The translations under genes and the position numbers were made by a program. DNA of 64,000 bases, taken from Pseudomonadota bacterium (GTDB taxonomy: Bacteria > Pseudomonadota > Alphaproteobacteria > MPNO01 > UBA830). The DNA is taken from positions 123,038-187,037 of the forward strand of contig JAYZQT010000032.1 of the NCBI GenBank assembly GCA_036136335.1, written 5' to 3'. Shown one piece after another: positions 19,095-28,700 of the stretch; the first letter of the stretch is position 1, and every line of letters begins with the position of its first letter. Under the pieces are notes generated by a model. The model saw nothing but the letters and a program-made list of their open reading frames with translations. It did no database searches and had not been told where the DNA came from.

Positions 19095-21194
19095 ATGTCG
19101 GGGGTTGACTGGATTGTCGGGCTGGATATTGGCGGAACATTCACCGATGTTTATATGCTTGCGCCTGATAGCGGCCGGACCGCGCGGTTCAAATCATTAA
19201 CAACAGCTGATGATCCGGCGCGCGGTGCCATAAATTCTCTTATGGCGGCAATGGATGCGGCCGGCGCTGAGCCTGATGATATAGGTGTTGTGTTGCACGC
19301 GACTACCCTGGTTGCAAACGCCCTAATACAACGCGACGGGGCATCCACTGCGCTCATAACGACGGATGGCTTTCGCGATCTGTTAAGTATTGCCCGGGAG
19401 AAGAAATACGATATTTATGATCTATCGCTGGAAAAGCCTCCGCCTCTCGTTCCGGCTGAAAGATGTTTTAGCGTCCGTGAACGTATCGCCGCGGATGGAT
19501 CGGTGGTCACCCCGATCGATGAAATTTCGCTGTCCCAAATTGTCGACGATATAGGCACAAGCAACGTGGATGCCGTTGCGGTGTGCCTGCTTCATTCCTA
19601 TGTAAATCCTGATCACGAAAGACGCGTAGCCGCAGCGGTCCGCGACAACCTCCCAGGGATCGCTATTTCGGTCTCTTCGGAACTGCTTCCCGAAATGCGG
19701 GAGTACGAGCGCGCGACAAGTACCACCGCGAATGCGTATGTCTTGCCACTGATCGATGGGTACCTGGCCCGCCTCAACAGGGAGATGCATGATAGAAATG
19801 TTGCGGCGCCGGTTTTCATAATGTTGTCGAGCGGTGGAATTTCAACAACAGAGGTTGTTCGCAAATTTCCAGTGCGTATCTGCGAATCTGGTCCGGCGGC
19901 CGGCGCCGTGACCGCAGCCAGTACTGGCCGTTTGATAGAGGCCCCACGGGTACTGTCATTTGATATGGGTGGAACGACCGCCAAGGCGTGCCTGATCCAT
20001 GATTTTTCTCCGCTGGTGACAACGGAATTCGAAGTAGCGCGGATGTATCGTTTCAAGAAGGGAAGTGGATTGCCACTGCGCATACCCGTGGTGGATCTCA
20101 TCGAAATTGGTGCGGGTGGAGGAAGTATCGCCCATGTTGACCAGCTGGGGTTGCTAAAAGTTGGGCCCGAGAGCGCAGGATCCGAGCCAGGGCCCGCCTG
20201 TTATGGCCTCTGCGGAGTGGTGCCGACGGTGACAGATGCTGACCTGATACTTGGGTATCTCGGTGCCAGTTCTTTCCTCGGGGGCCGCATGGCCTTGCAT
20301 ACATCGTTGGCACGCGGTGCCATTTCCGATCACATCGCCGGTCCGTTGGGCCTCTCGACAGATGAAGCGGCGCTGGGTATTCACGCGATTGTTAACGAGA
20401 ATATGGCAAATGCAGCCCGGATACACACCGTCGAGCGTGGCCATGATCCAGCGGCGTATACACTCGTTTCCTTTGGGGGTGCCGGGCCCGTGCACGCCTA
20501 CGGCGTGGCCCGGAGGCTCGGAATATCGCGCATAGTTGTGCCACAATCCGCCGGTGTGGGGTCGGCTTTGGGACTTCATCTTGCCCCCCGTTCCTATCAC
20601 TTGGCACGAACCCTCATAGGCGTACTGGAGGCACTTGACTGGACGGCGGTTGAGCATGCGTTTTCGGAAATGACACATGAAGCCGCCGACGTACTGAAAG
20701 GCGCCGGCGTGAGCCATCGGGATATTACCTTTACCCGGATCGCTGACATGCGTTACATGGGGCAACGCAAGGAACTGGCCGTGACGCTGCCCCCGGTTAA
20801 ACTTAACGCAAAAAAAACTACCGCGATCCGGCGGTTGTTTGAAGAAAGCTACCAAAAAATCTATCGGCGGGTTCATGAAGGCCACGAGATAGAGGCCCTG
20901 ACCTGGCGTTTGATCGCCACCGGACCTCCGATTGTCGAGGCAAGGGAACTGCACCAACCAGTGAAGACTGGCGACGCGGGGACACCAACCGGTCATCGTC
21001 CGATGTTGTTTGACGGCTGGGTTACGCCGCGTGACTGTCCGGTATATAGCCGCTTGCTGCTTTCGCCAGGCGACTGCATTCAGGGGCCGGGTGCGATAGA
21101 AGAAATTGAATCGACAATTGTTCTTGGACCGGAGGCGCATGCTGAGGTCGATCGTCACGGGAACATTCTGATTGAACTGGTGCCGGGAGATTAA
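19095..21194 (+). CDS. hydantoinase/oxoprolinase family, A (HyuA-like) subunit
   Basis: The N-terminal ATPase motif IVGLDIGGTFTDV is present, the length is about 700 aa, and the B subunit follows. The start is taken at ATG 19095 (the ORF-track start is TTG 19068). Confidence 0.85.
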   Translation: MSGVDWIVGLDIGGTFTDVYMLAPDSGRTARFKSLTTADDPARGAINSLMAAMDAAGAEPDDIGVVLHATTLVANALIQRDGASTALITTDGFRDLLSIAREKKYDIYDLSLEKPPPLVPAERCFSVRERIAADGSVVTPIDEISLSQIVDDIGTSNVDAVAVCLLHSYVNPDHERRVAAAVRDNLPGIAISVSSELLPEMREYERATSTTANAYVLPLIDGYLARLNREMHDRNVAAPVFIMLSSGGISTTEVVRKFPVRICESGPAAGAVTAASTGRLIEAPRVLSFDMGGTTAKACLIHDFSPLVTTEFEVARMYRFKKGSGLPLRIPVVDLIEIGAGGGSIAHVDQLGLLKVGPESAGSEPGPACYGLCGVVPTVTDADLILGYLGASSFLGGRMALHTSLARGAISDHIAGPLGLSTDEAALGIHAIVNENMANAARIHTVERGHDPAAYTLVSFGGAGPVHAYGVARRLGISRIVVPQSAGVGSALGLHLAPRSYHLARTLIGVLEALDWTAVEHAFSEMTHEAADVLKGAGVSHRDITFTRIADMRYMGQRKELAVTLPPVKLNAKKTTAIRRLFEESYQKIYRRVHEGHEIEALTWRLIATGPPIVEARELHQPVKTGDAGTPTGHRPMLFDGWVTPRDCPVYSRLLLSPGDCIQGPGAIEEIESTIVLGPEAHAEVDRHGNILIELVPGD

Positions 21195-22788
21195 TGTTTT
21201 GGCTCACAAACGATCATTGATTGGTCCCGTAGAGCTTGAAGTATGCTGGAACCGCCTGGTGTCGATCGCAAACGAACAGGCCGCAACCATGGTGAATGCT
21301 GCGTTTTCGGTGGTTCTGGGTGAGATGGAAGATCTCTCGGCGGGCGTGTTCGACCATAAAGGCACAATGCTGGCACAATCAGTTCAGGGAGCTCCCGGTC
21401 ATCTGGGCAGTCTCGGGATTGGTGTAAAACACATAATAGCCAGGTTCGACGAAAGTCTGCTGGTGCCAGGAGATATTCTGGTTACCAACGACCCTTGGCT
21501 GGTATCCGGTCACAAACACGATATTACGGTTGTGATCCCGGTTTTTCTTGGCGCGAAAATCGTTGGATATACTGCCAGTAATTGCCATGTTGTTGACATT
21601 GGGGGGAGAATTTTTTCAGCGGCCGGGCAGTCCGTTTATGAAGAAGGGCTGCAGATACCGGTAATGAAGCTGTACGACGGCGGCAGCCGGAATGAGACAC
21701 TGTTCAACATCATTGCCGAGAACGTACGTTCGCCGGATCTGGTTCTCGGTGATCTGATGGCGCAGGTATCAGCAAACCAGATGGCTGGTGAGAGGCTGCT
21801 GACCGTCATGACCGATCACCGTCTCCAGGATCTGACAATGATTTCTGAAGAGATAACCGGGCGGACGGAAAGCATGATGCGTGTCGCAATTTCCAGAGTG
21901 CCTGACGGTGTTTATCACGATACGGTTCAGCTCGACGGATTTGGCTCTCCGCTACACATTACCGTTTCCATTACAGTCAAAGGGGATGAAATCATAGTCG
22001 ACTTTGACGGTACCTCTTCTCAGATTGAAATGGGGGTGAACTGCGTTCTCAATTACACCAAGGCGTTTGTATATTACGCAGTAAAGTGTTCGCTCAGCCC
22101 TGACGCCCCCAATAACGAAGGTAGCTTTCGCGCTATTACTGTAAAGGCTCCCCCGTCTTCGATCCTTAATGCGACATACCCGGCACCCGTAGGCGGGCGG
22201 CATCTTGTCGGTCTTTTTGTCCCATTCGCCGTGTTCGGTGCGCTTTCGCGTGTCATTCCTGACCAGATTATGGCTGAAAGCTCCGTACTGGGTGCGGTAA
22301 CACTGAGTGGTGTAGACAATCAACAGAATCCATTTGTGTTTACCATGTTTTGCAGTGGCGGGATGGGTGCGCGACCAGGAAAGAACGGCCTGGATGCCAC
22401 TGCATTCCCAAGTAACGTGGCAAATGCACCGGTCGAGATCATAGAGCAGGCGGCGCCCATACTGGTTACACAGCGTGAGCTGATCGAGGGTTCGGCCGGT
22501 AAGGGGATGTACGAGGGCGGCGTCGGTCAGCGCATCGGACTAAGCCTTCGGTCTGATGCGCCAGCTAATATATCGACGATGTTCGAACGAGCGCTTTATC
22601 CTCCCAAGGGCCTGCTTGGTGGGTGTAATGGGTCTCCGACAAGACTGACGCTGGATGGGAAGGTGATTGACGCAAAACATGGCTGCTCGTTACGGCCAGG
22701 CTCGGAACTCACGATAGAGACTGCGGGGGGTGGCGGCTTCGGCTCACCCATCTCCAAAAAGTATAACGCAAACGGGCAGGTGAGCTGA
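21172..22788 (+). CDS. hydantoinase B / oxoprolinase family (HyuB-like) subunit
   Basis: A 538-aa protein with blocks typical of HyuB (LEVCWNRLVSIANEQA, NDPWLVSGHKHDITVVIPVF). The ORF-track start overlaps hyuA by 23 nt, and the TTG at 21199 is an alternative start. Confidence 0.85.
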   Translation: MNWCREINVLAHKRSLIGPVELEVCWNRLVSIANEQAATMVNAAFSVVLGEMEDLSAGVFDHKGTMLAQSVQGAPGHLGSLGIGVKHIIARFDESLLVPGDILVTNDPWLVSGHKHDITVVIPVFLGAKIVGYTASNCHVVDIGGRIFSAAGQSVYEEGLQIPVMKLYDGGSRNETLFNIIAENVRSPDLVLGDLMAQVSANQMAGERLLTVMTDHRLQDLTMISEEITGRTESMMRVAISRVPDGVYHDTVQLDGFGSPLHITVSITVKGDEIIVDFDGTSSQIEMGVNCVLNYTKAFVYYAVKCSLSPDAPNNEGSFRAITVKAPPSSILNATYPAPVGGRHLVGLFVPFAVFGALSRVIPDQIMAESSVLGAVTLSGVDNQQNPFVFTMFCSGGMGARPGKNGLDATAFPSNVANAPVEIIEQAAPILVTQRELIEGSAGKGMYEGGVGQRIGLSLRSDAPANISTMFERALYPPKGLLGGCNGSPTRLTLDGKVIDAKHGCSLRPGSELTIETAGGGGFGSPISKKYNANGQVS

Positions 22789-22820
22789 ACCAGTCGTATT
22801 AGAACGGAAATGGAATAATC

Positions 22821-23222
22821 ATGACAAAAACACGCATCCACACCAACAGAGTTGCAAAAACCAAAAAGCCATACTCGCAGGGAATAAGGGTCATGTCGGG
22901 CTCCCTCGTGTTTACGTCTGGTGTAATTGCGCGCGACCCGGAAGGGCGCCTGGTCGGCAAGGGAAACATTCGGGAACAGACACGCCAGTGTTTGCGGAAC
23001 ATCGCGGGCATAATCGAGGGCGGGGGCGGAACGTTGGGCGATCTGGTTAAAATGACGGTTTTCATAACCGACCTGGAAAACTACAACGGGATGAATGAAA
23101 TTCGCGAAGGGGTTTTGAATGACATTGATTTTGCGAGCTCGACCGTTCAGGTAGCATTGAACGAGGCTGATGCATTGATTGAAATAGAGGCAGTGGCATC
23201 GGTTGGGTATTTAAACAGGTAA
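22821..23222 (+). CDS. RidA/YjgF/UK114-family enamine/imine deaminase
   Basis: A 133-aa protein with YSQGIRV..LVFTSGVIARDP..G and VKMTVFITDL motifs. Confidence 0.85.
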   Translation: MTKTRIHTNRVAKTKKPYSQGIRVMSGSLVFTSGVIARDPEGRLVGKGNIREQTRQCLRNIAGIIEGGGGTLGDLVKMTVFITDLENYNGMNEIREGVLNDIDFASSTVQVALNEADALIEIEAVASVGYLNR

Positions 23223-23281
23223 ATGCAATCCGCATGGGCGTGGCGAAATTCTAAGTTTGGTCCACGGGAAGTTTGGTATAA

Positions 23282-24775
23282 GTGACCGATAATCTGAACA
23301 TCGTTTACGGGGATATCCACAACCATAATGCGCATGGTTATGGTCTGGGTTCCATTGAGCGTAGTGTTGAAGTCGCCCAAACCCACCTGGACTTTTTTGC
23401 ATTCACCGGACACTCGAGCTGGCACGACCTTGGTGCTATCGAAAATGGCGCTGAGGAACATTTCAATAAAGGGTTTGAGCGGCTCGCAGAAACCTGGCCT
23501 CACGTTCAGAATGTCATTGCCGAATCAAATTCTGACCATGAGTTTTGCTCTTTTCTCGGTTTTGAGTGGCATTCCAATTTTTATGGTGACCAGTGCGTCG
23601 TATTTCCAGAAGATTTTCAGGAGATACATTACGCGCAAACCCTTGCTGGTTTGCGGCGATTTTGTGTATCCAAATCAGCACTGATGATCCCGCATCATCT
23701 CGCATACCCAAAAGGAAGGAGAGGCGTGAACTGGGAAGAGTTTAATAATGAATGTACGCCGGTTGTTGAAATTTATTCGTGGCATGGAAATTCAGAAGAT
23801 GACCGTGGACCTTATCCGATGATCAAGGGTTCACCCGGAGGGAGGGAGACCTCGAACACGGTGAGCGCGGCCCTCGCAGGTGGGAACAAGTTTGGCTTCG
23901 TGGCATCTAGCGACAATCACTCCGCATTTCCGGGTGCATATGGCGAAGGGCTAATGGGAGCTTTGGTTGCCGACTTGACGCGATCCGAAATCCTCAAGGC
24001 AATCCGTGAGAGACGTACATTTGCATTGACCGGCGATCGCATTGAACTTCATTTTCATGTCAATGGTTCGGTCATGGGCAGTGATATTAATGCGGGCGAT
24101 GCCATCGACGTAGAATACCTTGTCAGGGGAAGAGACGAAATCGAGATGGTGGAAGTAGTGCAAGACGGCATCGTCGTGCATCGATCATTTGCAGATGAGT
24201 TCGCAACACCTGAGACGGGATTCCAAAACCCCTTTCAAATTCGCTTGGAATGGGGTTGGGGCCCTTGGGCATCCTTGGCTCTGGACAGGATAACGGATTG
24301 GCAAATGACGGTATCGATAAGGGATGGAAAACTATTGAAATTCTATCCCTGTCTGTCGTCCGGTCCATTCGACGAAGATCGCCGGCATCGTTTTAGAAAA
24401 ATTCAGGACAATATACTTTCCATTGATTCATATACCTCACGCAGGCAAGCATACCGGGAAAACCCAAACCAAAGCGTCGTTCTCGCAATTTCTGGAGGAC
24501 CAGAGACCCTGTTGGAAATTCAGACATCGAAACCAACGTCGATGCAAACCACGTCAGGCGTTGCGGATTTATTTGCTGCCTCTGAAGCACATCACGTAGG
24601 TGAGTATCCCGCTGAAAGTTATATGTGGCATAGAATTCTTCCAGTGTCTGCAACAACTATAGAGGACAGATGCACACTCGCGGTTGGGGAAGGACGCTCA
24701 AACGTGTATCTGCGGGTAAAACAGAAAAACGGACACCTGGCCTGGAGCAGTCCGGTTTTCATTAACCACACTTGA
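23282..24775 (+). CDS. putative metal-dependent hydrolase (PHP-like / DUF3604-like N-terminal domain) with an uncharacterised C-terminal half
   Basis: A GTG start. His-rich metal motifs are spaced as in the PHP fold (YGDIHNHN, FTGHSSWHD, GFEWHS, IPHHLAYP, SWHGNSE, ASSDNHS). I recognise nothing in residues of about 270-497. Confidence 0.45.
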   Translation: MTDNLNIVYGDIHNHNAHGYGLGSIERSVEVAQTHLDFFAFTGHSSWHDLGAIENGAEEHFNKGFERLAETWPHVQNVIAESNSDHEFCSFLGFEWHSNFYGDQCVVFPEDFQEIHYAQTLAGLRRFCVSKSALMIPHHLAYPKGRRGVNWEEFNNECTPVVEIYSWHGNSEDDRGPYPMIKGSPGGRETSNTVSAALAGGNKFGFVASSDNHSAFPGAYGEGLMGALVADLTRSEILKAIRERRTFALTGDRIELHFHVNGSVMGSDINAGDAIDVEYLVRGRDEIEMVEVVQDGIVVHRSFADEFATPETGFQNPFQIRLEWGWGPWASLALDRITDWQMTVSIRDGKLLKFYPCLSSGPFDEDRRHRFRKIQDNILSIDSYTSRRQAYRENPNQSVVLAISGGPETLLEIQTSKPTSMQTTSGVADLFAASEAHHVGEYPAESYMWHRILPVSATTIEDRCTLAVGEGRSNVYLRVKQKNGHLAWSSPVFINHT

Positions 24776-24975
24776 TTATACATCCAGCCGCGGCATGTAC
24801 TGAAAAGAACTGGAAGGATAAATGCCTGGGTGACTGACCTATAATCCCTGTATTTTTCCATGAGGCTTGCAGGGTAGACAGTTCTGGTATTGCTCTAGAT
24901 AGATTTACCACAAACGATTTGTTCCGGCAGACATCAAACTGACATGCTAATTTGAAGTTTTGGAGTGAGGTTATC

Positions 24976-25638
24976 ATGAGCGCGATTTACGGCATGGAAC
25001 ACCGTGTTCTGCAGGACAGGTTTGATACCCGGAGGCTGGCTGACAACGTAGAACGCCGGGTCGTGGAGTACTCAATCAGTGGGTTTCACCAGGCATTAAT
25101 AGAAAGCATGGATATGTTCTGGCTTGCTACGGTAGACCACCAGGGTCGACCTACCGTCTCATATAAAGGTGGAGATCGCGGGTTCGTTAGAGCGATTGAC
25201 GAGGCAACTCTTGCTTTTCCATCCTATGACGGGAACGGCATGTTCTATTCCATGGGGAATATCAGGGGCAATCAACAGATAGGAATGCTGTTTACGGATT
25301 TTGAGCGTCCTTACAGGTTAAGGATACAGGGAACCGCTACTATTGATGATGAAGACCCCCTGCTTTGCGAAAGTTTTGAAGCACAACTAATTGTTCGCGT
25401 GACCGTGAGCGAAATATTTCGTAACTGCCCACGTTATGTCCATCGATATGAAAAAATAGAGGCGTCGCGTTATGCGCCGCGTCAGGGTGTTGATACCCCA
25501 CTTGCCGGGTGGAAGCGGTCTGAGGACATACAACCCGATTTACCTTTAAAGGATCAGGGAAGGGCGGCAGCCGAAGGTGGATTTCGTTCCTATGAAGAGC
25601 AGACAATACTGACGCGGAGGGGCAATCCGTTGGCTTGA
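24976..25638 (+). CDS. pyridoxamine 5'-phosphate oxidase-like FMN-binding protein
   Basis: It has split-barrel type blocks (FWLATVDHQGRPTVSYKGG, GNGMFYSMGNI, RLRIQGTA). ATG 24976 follows the RBS GGAGTGAGG. Confidence 0.65.
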   Translation: MSAIYGMEHRVLQDRFDTRRLADNVERRVVEYSISGFHQALIESMDMFWLATVDHQGRPTVSYKGGDRGFVRAIDEATLAFPSYDGNGMFYSMGNIRGNQQIGMLFTDFERPYRLRIQGTATIDDEDPLLCESFEAQLIVRVTVSEIFRNCPRYVHRYEKIEASRYAPRQGVDTPLAGWKRSEDIQPDLPLKDQGRAAAEGGFRSYEEQTILTRRGNPLA

Positions 25639-25686
25639 TTAGGTCTGTCCGCCCCTTTGCCAGTATTGTGAGGGATATAATTCAGT

Positions 25687-27042
25687 TTACGTGTTTTGCT
25701 GGGCGGTATCGGGCGTCTGGTAGTTGTCTGAAGCCCACGGCGGGTGAGCAAGCCCCAGATTTGCCCGCAAGGTGGAGCCTTCGTATTTTGTCCGATACAG
25801 ACCTCGTCGCTGCAATTCAGGTACGACCAGGCGATTGAAGGAATGTAGGTCAGATGGAAATATCGGTGGCATCACATTGAAGCCATCGCAGCCTTTCTCT
25901 ACTACCCACTCCTCCATCATGTCGGCAACTTCTTTAGTGTCACCAATTACAAGCCCGTGACCGCGAGAAGCGGCGAAGTTGCGGTACATGTCCTTGATGG
26001 TCAAACGTTCGCGTCGCGCTTGCGCAACTACCAGGTCCCTGCGGCTTCCCCCACGCGGATCGGGTGGCAGCAGTGGCATCAAGTCGTTGATGTCATGTCC
26101 TGACATATCGTGGCCCATGCGTTGAGACAGTAGTTGGAGACCGGCGGCTGGATCGATCAGTTCCTGCAGTTCCTCAAAGCGGTCGACGGCTTCATCATGG
26201 GTTTCCGCGACCATTGTGGTAAGCCCCGGCATGATTTTTAGGCTGTCTGGATTTCGCCCTATGTCCAGCATCCTTCCCTTGACGTCGTTATAAAACTCCT
26301 GCGCCCCCTCCAGGGTTTGCTGTGCGCCAAAAACCACTTCAGCGGTTTCAGCCGCGAGCTGTCTGCCATCTTCCGACGCACCGGCCTGCACCAAAACAGG
26401 TTCCCCCTGTGGTGATCTCGGCACGTTCAACGGCCCTCGGCAACGGAGAAACTCACCTTGATGCTCGAGAACCTGCAGCTCTTCTTTATTGAAAAATTGA
26501 CCGGAACCCTTGTCATGCACCCACACATTTTCCCCCCAAGAGTTCCATAACGCCCTGACCACATGTGCGAATTCGCGCGCGCGCCGATAACGGGCGCCCT
26601 TTTCGAGATGCTCGTCGGCGCCAAAACTAGCTGCCTCTTTAGGGTTACCGGAAGTTATCAGGTTCCACCCACCACGGCCCCCGCTCGCAATGTCGAGTGA
26701 CGCAAAACGGCGGGCGATCAGATAGGGCTGGTCATATGTTGTGGTTGATGTACAGACGAGACCCAAATTCTTAGTGTGCTGCCCGAGTACAACCATGAGG
26801 CTGAAAGGTTCTATCCAGGCGCACTGCGAATCGCGGCTCATCGCATCAATATCCGCACGCCAGAATGATAGAGAATCGGCCATAAAAAACATATCAAAAA
26901 GGCCTTCCTCCGAGAGTTTTGCCAGCTCAATCAAGTGGGCGATATTGTTGCCCGAATCTGGTACGCCATCAGGATGGCGCCAAGCTGCGATATGATGGCC
27001 GCAGGGCCAGTAAAACATGCCGAGTTTTATTTGAGGCTTCAT
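25687..27042 (-). CDS. LLM-class flavin-dependent monooxygenase, NtaA/SnaA/DszA subfamily
   Basis: A 451-aa protein with N-terminus KLGMFYWPCGHHIAAWRHP, plus FFMADS and GGRGGWNLITS blocks typical of this subfamily. Confidence 0.85.
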   Translation of the reverse strand: MKPQIKLGMFYWPCGHHIAAWRHPDGVPDSGNNIAHLIELAKLSEEGLFDMFFMADSLSFWRADIDAMSRDSQCAWIEPFSLMVVLGQHTKNLGLVCTSTTTYDQPYLIARRFASLDIASGGRGGWNLITSGNPKEAASFGADEHLEKGARYRRAREFAHVVRALWNSWGENVWVHDKGSGQFFNKEELQVLEHQGEFLRCRGPLNVPRSPQGEPVLVQAGASEDGRQLAAETAEVVFGAQQTLEGAQEFYNDVKGRMLDIGRNPDSLKIMPGLTTMVAETHDEAVDRFEELQELIDPAAGLQLLSQRMGHDMSGHDINDLMPLLPPDPRGGSRRDLVVAQARRERLTIKDMYRNFAASRGHGLVIGDTKEVADMMEEWVVEKGCDGFNVMPPIFPSDLHSFNRLVVPELQRRGLYRTKYEGSTLRANLGLAHPPWASDNYQTPDTAQQNT

Positions 27043-27354
27043 CTGGTTGGTCCCTGGTTCTCCGCGTTCAATTCGATCCTGCCCCTACCTTCCGGGACGT
27101 TAATTACCCCTTGCCACAGATCCATATGGTTTTGCCTGGACGATGGGTGTGCATATTCTGAATGAGAGTGATCCGGGGAACAATGGGGATTTTTAGGAAG
27201 AATTCCACCGAGTAGAGGGCTGCAGCCAGTGAGTTGGCAAAAATCCTAGATTGCCGACATAGAATTGCGATCTTAGTATGGCCGATGGCCGCAACCGGAC
27301 CATCGTGATATAGTTGGGACAACAATTAAATGAAATTATGTACATGAGGTAAAT

Positions 27355-28221
27355 TTGACTGATATGAGATACGAAGCACCCGGAACACTGAGTGCTGCAG
27401 TGACCCTGTTGCGTGGTGAAGATGGGATTTCAAAGGTGCTCGCCGGAGGGACCGACGTCCTGGTTCAGATGCATGCAGACATGATCGAACCTGATCTGAT
27501 CGTGGACATAAAACAGATTGCAGAAATGCATGAAGTGAAATGTGATGACGGAGCCTGGCGGTTTGGCGCGGCCGTGACCGGTAAAGAGCTAATGGATAAC
27601 AAGGAATTTAACGCTGCGTGGCCCGGGGTGATGGACGGTGTTCGTTTGATTGGGTCGGTCCAGGTGCGCGGACGTGCCACGGTTGGGGGTAATCTGTGCA
27701 ACGCTTCTCCGGCTGCGGACAGTATCCCCCCCATGATTGCAGCAGACGCCATTGCAACAATTTTTGGGCCCGATGGTGAAAGGGAGATAGCCCTTGAAGA
27801 TATCATCACAGGCCCTGGACAAACCTGTTTAACAGAGGGGGAAATTGTGGTTTCGTTTCATCTCCCCAAACGCCCCGCGCGCTCAGGAGACGCATATTTG
27901 CGTTTCACGCCCCGCACCGAGATGGACATAGCGGTCGTAGGCTGTGGCGTAAATCTCACCTTGGATGAAAGCGGGACCTGCACCGATGCAAGAGTTTCAC
28001 TCGGGGCCGTAGCTGCACGACCATTACTGGTTCAGGAAGCTGCCGCCACACTAATTGGCACCACTGTGGATGATGTGGCAATGGAGGCACTGGCGGCGGC
28101 GGCAAGCGCGGCCTGCAGGCCGATTGACGACAAGCGCGGAACGGTGGAATACCGGACCGAAGTTGCGGGTGTTTTGGCACAGCGCGCGGCTACTATAGCG
28201 CTGGAAAGGGCAGGAACGTAA
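27355..28221 (+). CDS. molybdenum hydroxylase FAD-binding (medium, CoxM-like) subunit, operon 1
   Basis: It contains LAGGTDVLVQM and GGNLCNASPAADS motifs and is 288 aa long. A TTG start lies 5 nt after GAGGT (ATG 27364 is an alternative). Confidence 0.85.
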   Translation: MTDMRYEAPGTLSAAVTLLRGEDGISKVLAGGTDVLVQMHADMIEPDLIVDIKQIAEMHEVKCDDGAWRFGAAVTGKELMDNKEFNAAWPGVMDGVRLIGSVQVRGRATVGGNLCNASPAADSIPPMIAADAIATIFGPDGEREIALEDIITGPGQTCLTEGEIVVSFHLPKRPARSGDAYLRFTPRTEMDIAVVGCGVNLTLDESGTCTDARVSLGAVAARPLLVQEAAATLIGTTVDDVAMEALAAAASAACRPIDDKRGTVEYRTEVAGVLAQRAATIALERAGT

Positions 28222-28694
28222 TGGCCAAGCAATATGTAAAAGCCACAATTAATGGCGATGAGACCGAGCTTCTTTGTGATGCGACGCAGACACTGCTTGA
28301 TGTCTTGCGCGACGAACTTGATATGACCGGCACCAAGGAAGGGTGTGGCACGGGAGACTGCGGAGCCTGCAGTGTCGTGGTAGATGGGGTGCTGGTCTGT
28401 TCATGTTTGATGCTGGGAGTGGAGGCAAACGGTCAAACGGTCGAGACAATCGAGGGTATGGCTGTCGGTGACGAACTGCACCCGCTTCAACAGAAATTTA
28501 TCGACCATGTCGCACTTCAGTGTGGAATTTGCACGCCTGGGCTTTTAATCGCCTCCAAAGCATTGCTTGAAGAGAAGCCTGATCCCACAGAAGAAGAAAT
28601 TCGTTACTGGCTTGCCGGAAATCTTTGCCGGTGTACCGGTTATCACAAAGTTGTCGAGGCGGTGCAGGACGCCGCGCGCGAAATGAGAGGTTAG
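28221..28694 (+). CDS. molybdenum hydroxylase [2Fe-2S] (small, CoxS-like) subunit, operon 1
   Basis: Both cluster motifs are present: GCGTGDCGAC...C and CGICTPG...CRCTGY. The start codon overlaps the upstream stop codon. Confidence 0.9.
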   Translation: MAKQYVKATINGDETELLCDATQTLLDVLRDELDMTGTKEGCGTGDCGACSVVVDGVLVCSCLMLGVEANGQTVETIEGMAVGDELHPLQQKFIDHVALQCGICTPGLLIASKALLEEKPDPTEEEIRYWLAGNLCRCTGYHKVVEAVQDAAREMRG

Positions 28695-28700
28695 TGATCC

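Noticed and set aside
20154-21158. A 334-aa ORF antisense to hyuA.
   Set aside because: It lies wholly inside a confidently assigned gene on the other strand. It is Arg/Pro/Gly-rich, as is typical of antisense frames, and has no motifs.
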